Origin: an uncultured Chloroflexia bacterium
GTDB taxonomy: Bacteria > Chloroflexota > Limnocylindria > Limnocylindrales > CSP1-4
Assembly (NCBI GenBank): GCA_963746845.1
Contig: CAVVCZ010000004.1
Location: 480,001 to 544,000, forward strand
Reading direction: 5' to 3'
Length of the DNA stretch: 64,000 bases
Positions 19,748 through 29,443 of this stretch are shown here, in pieces. Made by a program: the position numbers and the translations under genes. How positions within the stretch are numbered: the first letter of the stretch is position 1; each line of letters starts with the position of its first letter. Below the pieces are notes generated by a model. The model was not told where the DNA came from. It did not search any database and saw only the letters and a list, made by a program, of their open reading frames with translations.

Positions 19748-22071
19748 CGGGCCGCCGCGACCGCGGCCTCCGGCTCGGCGAGGGTGTCGGTGCGCGGTCG
19801 GAGCTGGTCGAGCAGACGGAGCGCCAGGGCCCGCGCATCGACGTCCGGCTCCAGGCGCGGACCCGTGCACGCGGGACAGCCGCTCTCGCAGTCACAGCCG
19901 CGGATGAGGTCGGCGGCCGCCGAGATGAGCTCGTCGTGGCGATCCCACAGCCGCGGGCTCAGCCCGATCCCGCCCGGCACCGCCTCGTACAGGTAGATCG
20001 TCGGCGCCTCGTGGTGGGGCGACCGGACCTGGGTCACGAGCCCGAGGTCCCGCGGGTCGACCATCAGGAGCACCGCGGCGACCGTCTGGATCGCCCGCCC
20101 GGCGCCCATGAGCGCGATGTCCAGCTCGTTCCGCCGCCAGCCGCCGGCCGCGCCCTCGGCGGTGAGCCAGTAGGCGGTTGTCTGGAGCTCCAGCTCGGGC
20201 AGGTCGATCGGGCCCCAGCCGACGTTCTCGTCCGTCCCGAACTTCAGCTTCTTGAAGAGGGTCACGAGGCTGGCGACCATCACCTCACCGTGGACCCGCC
20301 GGCCGCCCGGCGCCTGCGCCTCGCCGAACACGTCGAGCGGCTTCAGGGTCACCGCCCGGTTGGCGTACGTGTAGTGGTCGGCGTCGATCCGGTGGACGTA
20401 GGCCTTGCGCTCGCCCCACTCGAGCCGGTCCACGTAGTACTGGACCGACTCGTGCATGTAGATCGCCCGCTCGTGGACGAGGACCTGGGCCGAGAACAGG
20501 TCGACCTCGCCGAGGACCCGCGGCCGGTCCGGCGTCGTGTCGATGATCACGACGTTCTCCGGGGCCGCGCTCCGGAGCGACACCTCCGACGCGGGGAAGT
20601 TCTCGGAGCTCCAGTACCAGCGCCCGTCGTCCGCTTGGCGGACGTGCCCGGACTCTGCGACGAATGCGAGCAGCTCATCCGCGGCAGCGGGACCGAAGAC
20701 CTCGCCCGGCTCGAACGGCAGCTCGAACGTCGCGCAGCGGAGGTGGGCGATCAGGACGTGGAGGTTGTCCGGGTCCAGCCGGGCCTCCTCGGATCGGCCG
20801 TCCAGCAGGAACTCCGGGTGGTGGACGACGTACCGGTCGACCGGTGCTCCGGACGACACGAGGATCGCGACGCTTGTCGCCCCGCGCCGGCCGGCCCGGC
20901 CGATCTGCTGCCACGTGGCCGCGACGGACCCCGGGTAGCCGGCGAGGATCGACACGTCCAGGCGGCCGATGTCCACGCCGAGCTCGAGCGCGTTCGTCGC
21001 GACGACCCCGAGGATCTCGCCGTCGCGAAGCCCGCGCTCGATCGAGCGCCGCTCGAGCGGGAGATAGCCGCCGCGGTAGCCGCGGACGCGCGAGCGCGGA
21101 CCGAGGTCCTGACGCAGCGCCTCGCGGAGCGTCGACAGCATGATCTCGACGGCCGTGCGGCTCCGTCCGAACACGACCGTCTGGCGGCCCGCCCGGAGGA
21201 ACGGGATCGCCCAGCGATGGGCGACCGTCATCGACGACCCGCGTGCCCCGGTCGCGCGATCCGTGAGCGGCGGCTCCACGAGCAGGACGTGCCGCTCGCC
21301 GCTCGGAGCGCCGTTGCGGTCGACGAGCATCGGCGTCCGGCCGGTCAGCGTCGAGGCGAGCTCGGCCGGGTTCGCGATCGTCGCGGAGCAGCACACGATC
21401 ACCGGCCGGCTGCCGTAGTGGGCGCACAGCCGCAGGAGGCGCCGGATCACGTTGGCCACGTGGCTCCCGAACACCCCACGGTAGGTGTGGAGCTCGTCGA
21501 TGACGATGACCCGGAGCTGCTCGAACAGCTGGAACCACTTCGTGTGATGGGGGAGGATCGCCGAGTGGAGCATGTCCGGGTTCGTCACGACGACTTGCCC
21601 GGCGCCGCGGATCGCCGAGCGGATCGGGGCCGGCGTGTCCCCGTCGTACGTGGCGGCCGAGACGGTCAGGCCGGCGGCCCGCGACAGCTCGCCGAGCTCG
21701 GCGACCTGGTCCTGGCCCAGCGCCTTCGTCGGGAAGAGGAACAACGCGCGGGCGGCCGGGTCGTCGGCGATCGACTGCAGGACCGGCAGCGCGTAGCACA
21801 GCGTCTTGCCGGACGCGGTCGGGGTGACGACGACGACGTCGTTCCCGGCCCGAACGGCCTCGATCGCCTCCGCCTGGTGCGTGTACAGCCGTTCGATCCC
21901 GCGACTCGCGAGGCCGGTCCGGATCCCCGGATCGAGCCAGTCCGGGAAGTCCCGCCACGACGCGACTCTCGCCGGCAGGACGGCGTGATGGGTCACGCCA
22001 TCGGCCATCGACGGGTCCTCGAGCAACCGATCGAGGACGACGTCCGTCGCGGCCGGCGCATAGGTTCGCAT
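19744..22071 (-). CDS. YprA/MrfA/SftH-like DEAD/DEAH helicase with DUF1998 C-terminal Zn domain
   Basis: TPTASGKT, DELH, SAT, ATNALELGVDIG, QIGRAGR and CDCESGCPAC motifs. Confidence 0.93.
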   Translation of the reverse strand: MRTYAPAATDVVLDRLLEDPSMADGVTHHAVLPARVASWRDFPDWLDPGIRTGLASRGIERLYTHQAEAIEAVRAGNDVVVVTPTASGKTLCYALPVLQSIADDPAARALFLFPTKALGQDQVAELGELSRAAGLTVSAATYDGDTPAPIRSAIRGAGQVVVTNPDMLHSAILPHHTKWFQLFEQLRVIVIDELHTYRGVFGSHVANVIRRLLRLCAHYGSRPVIVCCSATIANPAELASTLTGRTPMLVDRNGAPSGERHVLLVEPPLTDRATGARGSSMTVAHRWAIPFLRAGRQTVVFGRSRTAVEIMLSTLREALRQDLGPRSRVRGYRGGYLPLERRSIERGLRDGEILGVVATNALELGVDIGRLDVSILAGYPGSVAATWQQIGRAGRRGATSVAILVSSGAPVDRYVVHHPEFLLDGRSEEARLDPDNLHVLIAHLRCATFELPFEPGEVFGPAAADELLAFVAESGHVRQADDGRWYWSSENFPASEVSLRSAAPENVVIIDTTPDRPRVLGEVDLFSAQVLVHERAIYMHESVQYYVDRLEWGERKAYVHRIDADHYTYANRAVTLKPLDVFGEAQAPGGRRVHGEVMVASLVTLFKKLKFGTDENVGWGPIDLPELELQTTAYWLTAEGAAGGWRRNELDIALMGAGRAIQTVAAVLLMVDPRDLGLVTQVRSPHHEAPTIYLYEAVPGGIGLSPRLWDRHDELISAAADLIRGCDCESGCPACTGPRLEPDVDARALALRLLDQLRPRTDTLAEPEAAVAAAR

Positions 22072-22085
22072 GGGCGACCTCGAAA

Positions 22086-22115
22086 TCGAACAGGCGTGCG
22101 ATTTACGGGAGCATA
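22086..22115 (-). promoter_or_regulatory. LexA-type SOS box and -10 element of the helicase-exonuclease operon
   Basis: TCGAAC-AGGC-GTGCGA (22086-22101), one mismatch to TCGAAC-N4-GTTCGA; -10 TATGCT at 22115-22110. Confidence 0.65.
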
Positions 22116-22167
22116 GCAGGAGGCTCCGCGACGCTTGTGACAGGTTGGCTGTCACGACGGCGTCGAG

Positions 22168-22743
22168 TTGACACGTCAGCTGCGGGCAGCTACGCTCCCC
22201 GGAACCGTGGACGACCCGAGCGCGCCCCAGCGCCCCTTGCGCCGCCGCCGCCCCGAGGCACCCGTCGAGGCCGACGAGATCGTGCCCGCCGGCGGGGCGA
22301 CGGACGACACCGACGAGACGCCGGCCGGCCGGGTCGACCTGACCGGCCTGTCGATCGCCGGGATCACTCGACGCCGCGTGGGCTGGGTGTCGGCCGGCCT
22401 CGTCGCCGTCTGGATCGTCGTCCTGTTCGCCCGTCAGGTCGGCGACGCCCAGGCCGCCAGCACCCAGGCCGCCCAGCTCGCGACGGACAACGCCGCCCTG
22501 TCCGACGAGGTCGATGCCCTCCAGAAGGAGCTCGACCTGATCGTCGAGCCCCAGTACGTCGGCCTGGAGGCGCGCGCCCATCGCTTCGGCAGCCCGCGCG
22601 AGATCCCGTTCGCCCTGGATCCTTCGGTGGCGGCGCCCGTCGACGGCGCGCCCGGCTCGGCGTCGGTGCGTCTCGGAGCCACGACGGATCGCCAGACCCC
22701 GCTCGAGTCCTGGCTCTCGCTCCTGTTCGGCCCGTCCGGCTGA
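22168..22743 (+). CDS. FtsB/DivIC-like septum formation initiator protein
   Basis: Single TM then coiled coil ending PQYVGLEAR..F..PRE; start uncertain. Confidence 0.7.
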   Translation: MTRQLRAATLPGTVDDPSAPQRPLRRRRPEAPVEADEIVPAGGATDDTDETPAGRVDLTGLSIAGITRRRVGWVSAGLVAVWIVVLFARQVGDAQAASTQAAQLATDNAALSDEVDALQKELDLIVEPQYVGLEARAHRFGSPREIPFALDPSVAAPVDGAPGSASVRLGATTDRQTPLESWLSLLFGPSG

Positions 22744-22765
22744 CGGCGCCTCACCGAGGGAGTGG

Positions 22766-22811
22766 TCGCCGGCACGCGCCGTCTCGTTGGGGCAACGGCG
22801 CGCACCGGCGA
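22766..22811. terminator. Hairpin between convergent genes
   Basis: TCGCCGG/CCGGCGA and CGCGCCGT/ACGGCGCG stems. Confidence 0.5.
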
Positions 22812-22818
22812 TGGATGG

Positions 22819-25272
22819 TCAGGCGACGTTGGCCTCGCTGACCGGGGTGAGGTGGCGGGTGACCGCCGTGCCGGCCGGACGCGACCGGCGAATCGGCGTC
22901 GCGATGGTCGTGGCCGTCGGCGCGATCGCGTCGGGGGCCATCGGCCGGGCGAAGAAGTAGCCCTGTCCGTACGTGCAGCCGAGGGCGCGCATCCGGTCCG
23001 CCTGCTCGGCGTCCTCGATGCCCTCGGCGACCGTGGTGATCCGGAGCGACTCGCTCATCGCGACGATCGCCCCGGCGAGCGCCGCGGACTTCGCATCCGT
23101 GCCCGGCGTCTGGACGAACTCGGAGGCGATCTTCAGCGTGTCGACCGGGAACTGGCGCAGGTGGCTCAGCGAGAAGTAGCCGGTCCCGAAGTCGTCGATC
23201 ACGACGTGGACGCCGAGCTGGCGGAGCGACTCGAGCGTCGCGATGGTCGCCGGCGTCGCCTTCAGGAGCGCGGTCTCGGTGATCTCGAGGCGGAGCCGAT
23301 GCGGATCGAGCTGGGCGGCGGCGAGCGTCGAGGCGACGGACTCCACGAAGTCGACCTGCTGGATCTCGCGGGCGGACACGTTCACACACAGGAACAGCGG
23401 CTCGGCCGACACGTCCGGTGACCAGGCCATCGCCTGGCGGCAGGCCTCGCGCAGGACCCAGCGCCCGATCGGCAGGATCGCGCCGTTCTCCTCGGCGATC
23501 TCGATGAAGTCGCCCGGCGGGACGATGCCGCGCTCGGGGTGGTCCCAGCGGACGAGGGCCTCGACGCCGGCCATCGTGCCGGTCGCGAGCGAGACGATCG
23601 GCTGGTAGACGACCCGCAGCTGGCCGAGCTCGACCGCGGTCTGGAGCTGGGCACCGAGCTCGTGGCGTTCGCGGATCGCGGCGTGCATTCCCGGGTCGAA
23701 CATCGCGAACCCGGCCTTGCCGTTCGCCTTCGCCAGGTACATGGCAACGTCCGCGTTGCGGACCAGGTCGGCCGCGCTCTCGGTGCCGTCGACGGCGCTC
23801 GCGATGCCGATGCTCGCGGTGACCGAGACGTGGTGGCCCTCGATGAGGTACGGCGCGCGCAGCTCGCGGACGAGCCGCTCGGCCATGGCCGTCGAGCGCT
23901 TCAGGTCCGGTGTGTCCTCGGTGAGGATCGCGAACTCGTCGCCGCCGAGGCGGGCCACGAGGTCGTCCTCGCGGACAGAGCCGGAGATCCGCTCGATCAC
24001 GGCAACCAGGAGGGCGTCGCCGGCCGCGTGTCCCAGCGTGTCGTTGACGACCTTGAAGTCGTCGAGGTCGATGAACAGGACGGTGCTGAGGGACGGCCGG
24101 TTGGCCCGGCCGCGCGGCGCGACGAGCACGCGCTCGAGGCTCGACTGGAACATTCGGCGGTTCGCGGCCCCGGTCAGCGAGTCGCGCTCGGCGAGGTCCT
24201 GCACGTTGCGGAGCAGCACGGCGTTGCGCAGGTTGAGGGCGGCGATCGCGCCGAGCTGGCCGAGGTTCGCCGCGAGCCTCCGCGAGATGCCGGGCAGGAC
24301 GCGGCCTCCCAGCTCGACGACGATCGCGCCGACCGGCTCGCCGTCCGCGATCATCGGTGAGACGAGGACCCGGCGAGCCTCCGGCAGCATGCCGGTCAGC
24401 ACCGGGTTCGCGGCCTTGTCGAGCCGTCCATAGGCGATCGGCTCGCGTCGTTCCCAGGCGGCGGTGACGACACGATCCGGCGTCTCGGCGACGGTCGGGA
24501 CCGTGGCGACGCCGTGCGACGCAAGGACGACGGCGCGCCCGTCGCTGGCGCCGAGGACGACGCCGCGGCGGAAGCCGAAGCGCTCGACGACGCCCTCGAG
24601 GACGATCCGCGCCTGGTGGACGGGATCGGCGACGTCGTCCAGCTGGGCGCCGAGATCGACCAGGGTCTCCATGTCCGCGCGACGAAGTCGGAGCTCGCGC
24701 TCGTTCAACGCCGAGAAGGCGCAGGTGGCGAGGGCGAACAACCAGAAGCTCGTGACGTTCAGAACGGGCATCCGCTCGAACTCGATCCCCTGGCCCGGGA
24801 CGACATCCACGGGCGGGACGAGGAGCGCGGCCTGGGCGTACAGGACGACGAACAGCAGGAGCGAGTGCCAGAGCGCGATCTTCAGCCCGGTCCGGTACGA
24901 GCAGAGGAGCGAGACGCCGACGAGGTGGAGGAACACGAGGAACCGGAGCGGGCTCTGCGTGCCACCCGTCGCGTACATCGCGAAGGCCAGGAAGATGCCG
25001 TCCACGAGGAGCATCACGCTCAGGACCATGAAGCCGCGCGAGCCGATCGCCCGGCGCAGCCACTCGCCCGCGATCGAGAAGGCGACGAAAGCGACGCTGA
25101 GCTCGACCATCGCGAGGAAGGGGATGCCGAGCAGCTCGGGCCGGACCGCCGCCCAGGCGATGACGACCGCGGCGATCGCGAGGCGGAGCGCGAGGAGCTG
25201 GGTCATCCGCTCGCTGAGGGCGGAGAACTCGCTGCCCTCGTGGGCCGCGAGCGTCGCCCGGGTCGTCGTCAT
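22819..25272 (-). CDS. Membrane GAF-GGDEF-EAL diguanylate cyclase/phosphodiesterase
   Basis: N-terminal TM bundle, GAF-like region, RxxD I-site (REDD), GGDEF, EAL and DDFGTGY motifs. Confidence 0.93.
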   Translation of the reverse strand: MTTTRATLAAHEGSEFSALSERMTQLLALRLAIAAVVIAWAAVRPELLGIPFLAMVELSVAFVAFSIAGEWLRRAIGSRGFMVLSVMLLVDGIFLAFAMYATGGTQSPLRFLVFLHLVGVSLLCSYRTGLKIALWHSLLLFVVLYAQAALLVPPVDVVPGQGIEFERMPVLNVTSFWLFALATCAFSALNERELRLRRADMETLVDLGAQLDDVADPVHQARIVLEGVVERFGFRRGVVLGASDGRAVVLASHGVATVPTVAETPDRVVTAAWERREPIAYGRLDKAANPVLTGMLPEARRVLVSPMIADGEPVGAIVVELGGRVLPGISRRLAANLGQLGAIAALNLRNAVLLRNVQDLAERDSLTGAANRRMFQSSLERVLVAPRGRANRPSLSTVLFIDLDDFKVVNDTLGHAAGDALLVAVIERISGSVREDDLVARLGGDEFAILTEDTPDLKRSTAMAERLVRELRAPYLIEGHHVSVTASIGIASAVDGTESAADLVRNADVAMYLAKANGKAGFAMFDPGMHAAIRERHELGAQLQTAVELGQLRVVYQPIVSLATGTMAGVEALVRWDHPERGIVPPGDFIEIAEENGAILPIGRWVLREACRQAMAWSPDVSAEPLFLCVNVSAREIQQVDFVESVASTLAAAQLDPHRLRLEITETALLKATPATIATLESLRQLGVHVVIDDFGTGYFSLSHLRQFPVDTLKIASEFVQTPGTDAKSAALAGAIVAMSESLRITTVAEGIEDAEQADRMRALGCTYGQGYFFARPMAPDAIAPTATTIATPIRRSRPAGTAVTRHLTPVSEANVA

Positions 25273-26705
25273 CCGTGGTCCTCGTCGGCGTACGGCAGGA
25301 CCGTATCGGCGGCGGTCATCGGAGCGGACCGGAGCTTCGGATCACCGCCGTCGACCCGCGACTGGACGACGAGGAAGAGGAGCACCGCGAGCATCAGGGC
25401 CAGGGGGAAGCCGAACGTCACCACCACGGCCGCTGCGGCAGCGGGCTGGACGGTCGGGCCGATCCGGTCGGCGACGCTGCGGACGAACACGCCGACGAAC
25501 TCGATCGGGTTCTTCGGCCGTGCGGCGAGGGGCACGAGCGGCTGGACCGTCGTCGTGAGCGTGGTGTTGTCGGAGCCGGAGCCGTGACCGGTCGAGCCGC
25601 CGGTGCCGGCGGAGCCACCGGTGCCGGACGACCCGCCGGATCCGGTCGGGTCGTCCGGGCCACCGAGGCTGCCGACCGGCGGGAGGAGCCCGGCCAGCGG
25701 GTTCGCGGCATTGACCTCGGGCTCGCTGTCGGGGACGTCCGACGAGGACGGTTCCGGGCTCGCGCTCGGCGCGGGCGACGGCTCGTCGGACGCCGACGGC
25801 GTCGGGGCCGGGGTCGATGACGGCACGAGATTGGGCGCCGGCGTTGGCACCGGTTTGGGTGTCGGCGTTGGTGTCGGCGTGGGCGTGGGCGTCGGCGTGG
25901 GCGTCGGCGTCGGCGTGGGCGTGGGCGTGGGCGTGGGCGTCGGCGTTGGCGTTGGCGTGGGCGTCGGCGTCGGCGTCGGCGTTGGCGTGGGCGTCGGCGT
26001 CGGCGTCGGGGTAGGAGTGGGAGTGGGCGTCGGTGTGGGCGTCGGCGTCGGCGTGGGCGTGGGCGTCGGCGTCGGCGTAGGAGTGGGAGTCGGCGTCGGA
26101 GTGGGAGTCGGCGTGGGCGTCGGCGTCGGTGTGGGCGTCGGCGTCGGGGTCGGGGTCGGCGTGGGCGTCGGCGTCGGGGTCGGGGTCGGCGTGGGAGTCG
26201 GCGTCGGGGTCGGCGTCGGCGACGTCCCCGAGATCGTTCGATGCACGACGTCGACACGCTCGCCGATCGACGGGAACGAGCCCGAGTGCCAGTCGAGGGC
26301 GTCCGCGTCGAAGCCCAGGATCCGGTCCTCGCCGGCGTTGTCCGCGACGTAGCTGACGGAGCACTCGCCGCCCCCGTCGGTGTGGCAGCTCATGTCCGGG
26401 CTGAAGATCGATCCGCCCGGATCGTTGTCGCTGCCGCCGAGGAAGAAGAACAGGATCGTGTGACCGGACGGATCGGGATTGCCATCCTCGTCGTGGATCG
26501 ACGCGTGGAGGACGACCGTGTCGCCCTGCGCCGTCGTGCCGTCCTCGGGTGTGACGTCGAGGCCGGGTTGGCCCGAGGCGGCCAGGGCCGTGATCCCGGT
26601 CATGGGGACCGCCATCGGCAGGATCATGGATGCCACGAGGGCGAGACCGGACAGGACCGCGATCCCGGAGGCGCGGCGGCGGATCGTTCGTGTCGAGCGG
26701 TCCAC
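25269..26705 (-). CDS. Secreted/surface protein: signal peptide, Ig-like domain, (PT)60 stalk, C-terminal TM anchor
   Basis: Basic plus hydrophobic N-terminus, beta-rich domain with 2 Cys, PT tract, C-terminal [28 protein letters not shown]; GGGAGG RBS. Confidence 0.85.
   Translation of the reverse strand: MDRSTRTIRRRASGIAVLSGLALVASMILPMAVPMTGITALAASGQPGLDVTPEDGTTAQGDTVVLHASIHDEDGNPDPSGHTILFFFLGGSDNDPGGSIFSPDMSCHTDGGGECSVSYVADNAGEDRILGFDADALDWHSGSFPSIGERVDVVHRTISGTSPTPTPTPTPTPTPTPTPTPTPTPTPTPTPTPTPTPTPTPTPTPTPTPTPTPTPTPTPTPTPTPTPTPTPTPTPTPTPTPTPTPTPTPTPTPTPTPTPTPTPTPTPTPTPTPTPTPTPTPTPKPVPTPAPNLVPSSTPAPTPSASDEPSPAPSASPEPSSSDVPDSEPEVNAANPLAGLLPPVGSLGGPDDPTGSGGSSGTGGSAGTGGSTGHGSGSDNTTLTTTVQPLVPLAARPKNPIEFVGVFVRSVADRIGPTVQPAAAAAVVVTFGFPLALMLAVLLFLVVQSRVDGGDPKLRSAPMTAADTVLPYADEDHG
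25857..26219 (-). repeat. Hexanucleotide tandem repeat encoding P(TP)60
   Basis: 363 nt of alternating CCN/ACN codons with synonymous variation. Confidence 0.97.
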
Positions 26706-27103
26706 GGGTCACCTCCCTCGCTGGTGCCCAGTCCCGGCGAGTGAGCGTAGCCCCGGTGGCTCCGTCGGCCGTGACACCCGATTGGCGGTCGAGCGCACGA
26801 ACCGTATGGGGCGCACCGAACACGACCGAGAGACGAAGTAGTACCCGGGCCGCGACGCCCGCCGTAGGCCGGTGCACCGGTGCCACGGTGCATCCGCGCA
26901 CGTCCCACGCGGACGGGGGGTCGAACGTCCTGTCGCGTGGCCGGTCGGGGGCGATGGTGGGCGGTCCGGGTCCATCGCCGGCCGCGGACGTCGAGTCGAT
27001 CCCGCATCGTCGCCGACCCGATCCACAGGGCGAGGCGACCCCACCGGACCGCCGACCAGCCCGTATCGTGGGCACCGAGGAACGATGGAGGAGGGGCCCG
27101 CGC

Positions 27104-29443
27104 GTGACCGAACGCACCGATTCCGGCGGCACGGAGCAGCCATCGGCACGTCCGTGGATCCGCGCCGACGGCTGGGCGAAGGCCACCGGGCAGGCGCGCT
27201 ACACCGCGGACCTCGCATCTCCCGGTCTCGTCCACGCCCGTCTGCTGCTCGCCGGGCGGGCCCATGCGCGGATCCGCCGGCTCGACACGACCCGGGCCCG
27301 CACGCTCCGCGGCGTCGTCGCCGTCCTGACCGCGGCTGACGTCCCCGATCGTCGCTACGGCTCGTTCGACTTCGTCCTCGATCGGACCCTGTTCGCCCGC
27401 GACGTCGTCCGGTTCGAGGGAGAGGTCGTCGCGGCGGTCGCGGCCCTCACGCCCGAGATCGCGTCGTCGGCACTCGAGGCGATCGAGGTCGACTACGAGG
27501 ACCTGGCGCCGATCCTCGACGTCGAGGCAGCGCTCGAGCCCGGGTCCGCCCTGGTCCACGAGGCGGTTGCGACGTATGCCCACGACCCGGAGATCGCCCC
27601 GGCCGGGAACCTCGCCAGCCGCTCCACGGTGGTCAAGGGGGATGCCGCGGCCGCCCTCGAGACGTCGCCGATCGTCGTGCGCGAGCGGTACGTCGCCGAC
27701 ATGGCCCACCCCGTCCCGATCGAGCCGCACAGCGTCACCGCGGAGTGGGCGGGCGACCGGGTCACGATCCATTCGAGCACCCAGGTCCCGTTCACCGCCC
27801 GGAAGATGACCGCCGAGGTCCTCGAGATCCCCGAGCAGTCGGTGCGGGTCGTCGTCACCCATCTCGGCGGGGGGTTCGGCGGCAAGTGCGACTTCCACTT
27901 CGAAGCGCATGTCGCCGCTCTTGCCCGCGCGGCCCGCCGGCCGGTCCGCCTCGTCCTGACCCGACGCGAGGAGTTCGTCGCACCGGACAAGGTCACCCAC
28001 GGGATGGTCGTCGACGTCACGACGGGCCTCTCGGAGGACGGCACGATCCTCGCACGGACCGCGCGGATCATCCTCGATTCCGGCGCCTATGCCAGCGACA
28101 CCCCGGTCCTCGGCCAGGTCGCGGCGATGATGGTCGCCGGCCCGTACCGGATCCCGCACGTCGACATCGAGGCGCTGTGCGTCTACACGAACCGGACGCC
28201 GTCCGGCTCCGTCCGCGCGCCGACCGGCCCGCAGGCGTGCTGGGCGATCGAGGGGCACCACGACGTTCTTGCCGCGCGGGTCGGCCTCGATCCGGTCGAA
28301 TTCCGGCGGCGGAATCTCGTCCGGGACGGCGACGAGGGCCCGACCCGGCAACGACACGAGGGCAACGGGGCGATCGAGACCCTCGAGCTGGCGGTCGAGC
28401 GCGCCCACGCCGCCGGGCCGCTCGGCCCGAACGAAGCGATCGGGGTCGCCTCGGGCTGGTGGTTCAGCGCGCCGGGACCATCCGGCGCGTTCGTCCGGAT
28501 CGAGTCGGACGGCAGCGGCCGGATCGTCACCGGCGCCCAGGAGAACGGGACTGGCGCGGTGATGGGTCTTGCGATCCTCGCGGCGGAGGAGCTGGGCATG
28601 CGTCCGGAGCAGTTCGCGATCACCTGCCAGGACACGGACACCGGCCCATACGACGGCGGCAGCTCCGGCAGCCAGACGACGTTCAACAATGGGCGTGCGG
28701 TCGTCGAGGCCGCCGTCGAGGTCCGCCGGCAGTTCCTGGAGCTGGCCGCCGCGGCACTCGAGGCGAGCGTCGACGACCTCGAGCTGGCCGACGGCTCCGT
28801 CGGCGTGAAGGGCAGCCCCGACCGCAAGGTCACGATCGCACAGCTCGCGTCGACCGCCCATGACGGCGCGCTGCTCCTCGCCCGCGGCTCCGGGATGCCG
28901 CCACCGTCGCCGGACTGCGACGTCTCGGGCTGCGTCGGCCGCCTGGGGTTCGAGTCGTTCGCCGCGCCGACGTACTTCTGCCATGCGGTGCGGGTCACGG
29001 TCGACCGGGCGACCGGGATCACCCGGACGACGAAGGTCGTCGCCGCCACGGACGTCGGTCGCGTGATCAACGGGACCGGAGCCCTTGGCCAGGTCACCGG
29101 CGGTGTCGTGATGGCGCTCGGCAACGCGACGCTCGAGGGGACGACGTACGGCGACGACGGCCGGCAGCGGAACCCGTCGCTGCTCGACTACAAGCTGCTC
29201 ACCAGCGCCGACGCGCCCGAGATCGAGGCGATCTTCGTCGAGAACCCGGCGTCGGACGGTGGACCCCGCGGATTGAAGGGCGTCGGCGAGCCACCGATCG
29301 TCCCGACCGCGGGCGCCGTGGGGAACGCCATCGCCGCCGCCACCGGCGCGAGGGTCCGGCACCTGCCGATGACACCGGAACGCGTCTGGCGGGCGATCGC
29401 CGGCGCGGACGACGGCGTCGCGGTGGCGGGATCCGCCCGATGA
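27104..29443 (+). CDS. Xanthine dehydrogenase-family molybdopterin-binding (large) subunit
   Basis: KATGQARY, GGGFGGK, DVGRVIN and KGVGEPP motifs; GGAGG RBS before the GTG. Confidence 0.93.
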   Translation: MTERTDSGGTEQPSARPWIRADGWAKATGQARYTADLASPGLVHARLLLAGRAHARIRRLDTTRARTLRGVVAVLTAADVPDRRYGSFDFVLDRTLFARDVVRFEGEVVAAVAALTPEIASSALEAIEVDYEDLAPILDVEAALEPGSALVHEAVATYAHDPEIAPAGNLASRSTVVKGDAAAALETSPIVVRERYVADMAHPVPIEPHSVTAEWAGDRVTIHSSTQVPFTARKMTAEVLEIPEQSVRVVVTHLGGGFGGKCDFHFEAHVAALARAARRPVRLVLTRREEFVAPDKVTHGMVVDVTTGLSEDGTILARTARIILDSGAYASDTPVLGQVAAMMVAGPYRIPHVDIEALCVYTNRTPSGSVRAPTGPQACWAIEGHHDVLAARVGLDPVEFRRRNLVRDGDEGPTRQRHEGNGAIETLELAVERAHAAGPLGPNEAIGVASGWWFSAPGPSGAFVRIESDGSGRIVTGAQENGTGAVMGLAILAAEELGMRPEQFAITCQDTDTGPYDGGSSGSQTTFNNGRAVVEAAVEVRRQFLELAAAALEASVDDLELADGSVGVKGSPDRKVTIAQLASTAHDGALLLARGSGMPPPSPDCDVSGCVGRLGFESFAAPTYFCHAVRVTVDRATGITRTTKVVAATDVGRVINGTGALGQVTGGVVMALGNATLEGTTYGDDGRQRNPSLLDYKLLTSADAPEIEAIFVENPASDGGPRGLKGVGEPPIVPTAGAVGNAIAAATGARVRHLPMTPERVWRAIAGADDGVAVAGSAR

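Noticed and set aside
19744-22071. DISARM/Druantia-type DUF1998 defence helicase
   Set aside because: It is paired with a YprB exonuclease and an SOS-like box, and no methylase or other defence genes are present, so the repair role fits better
25857-26219. Possible CRISPR array
   Set aside because: It is a hexamer coding repeat with no spacers, and there are no cas genes
25603-26352. Poly-(GV) ORF on the plus strand and poly-Arg / (DA/HA) ORFs in other minus-strand frames
   Set aside because: These are shadow frames of the PT repeat; only the 25269-26705 frame has an RBS, signal peptide and anchor
27104-29443. Aerobic CO dehydrogenase CoxL
   Set aside because: The active-site AYxCSFR motif is absent and the gene order is L-M-S
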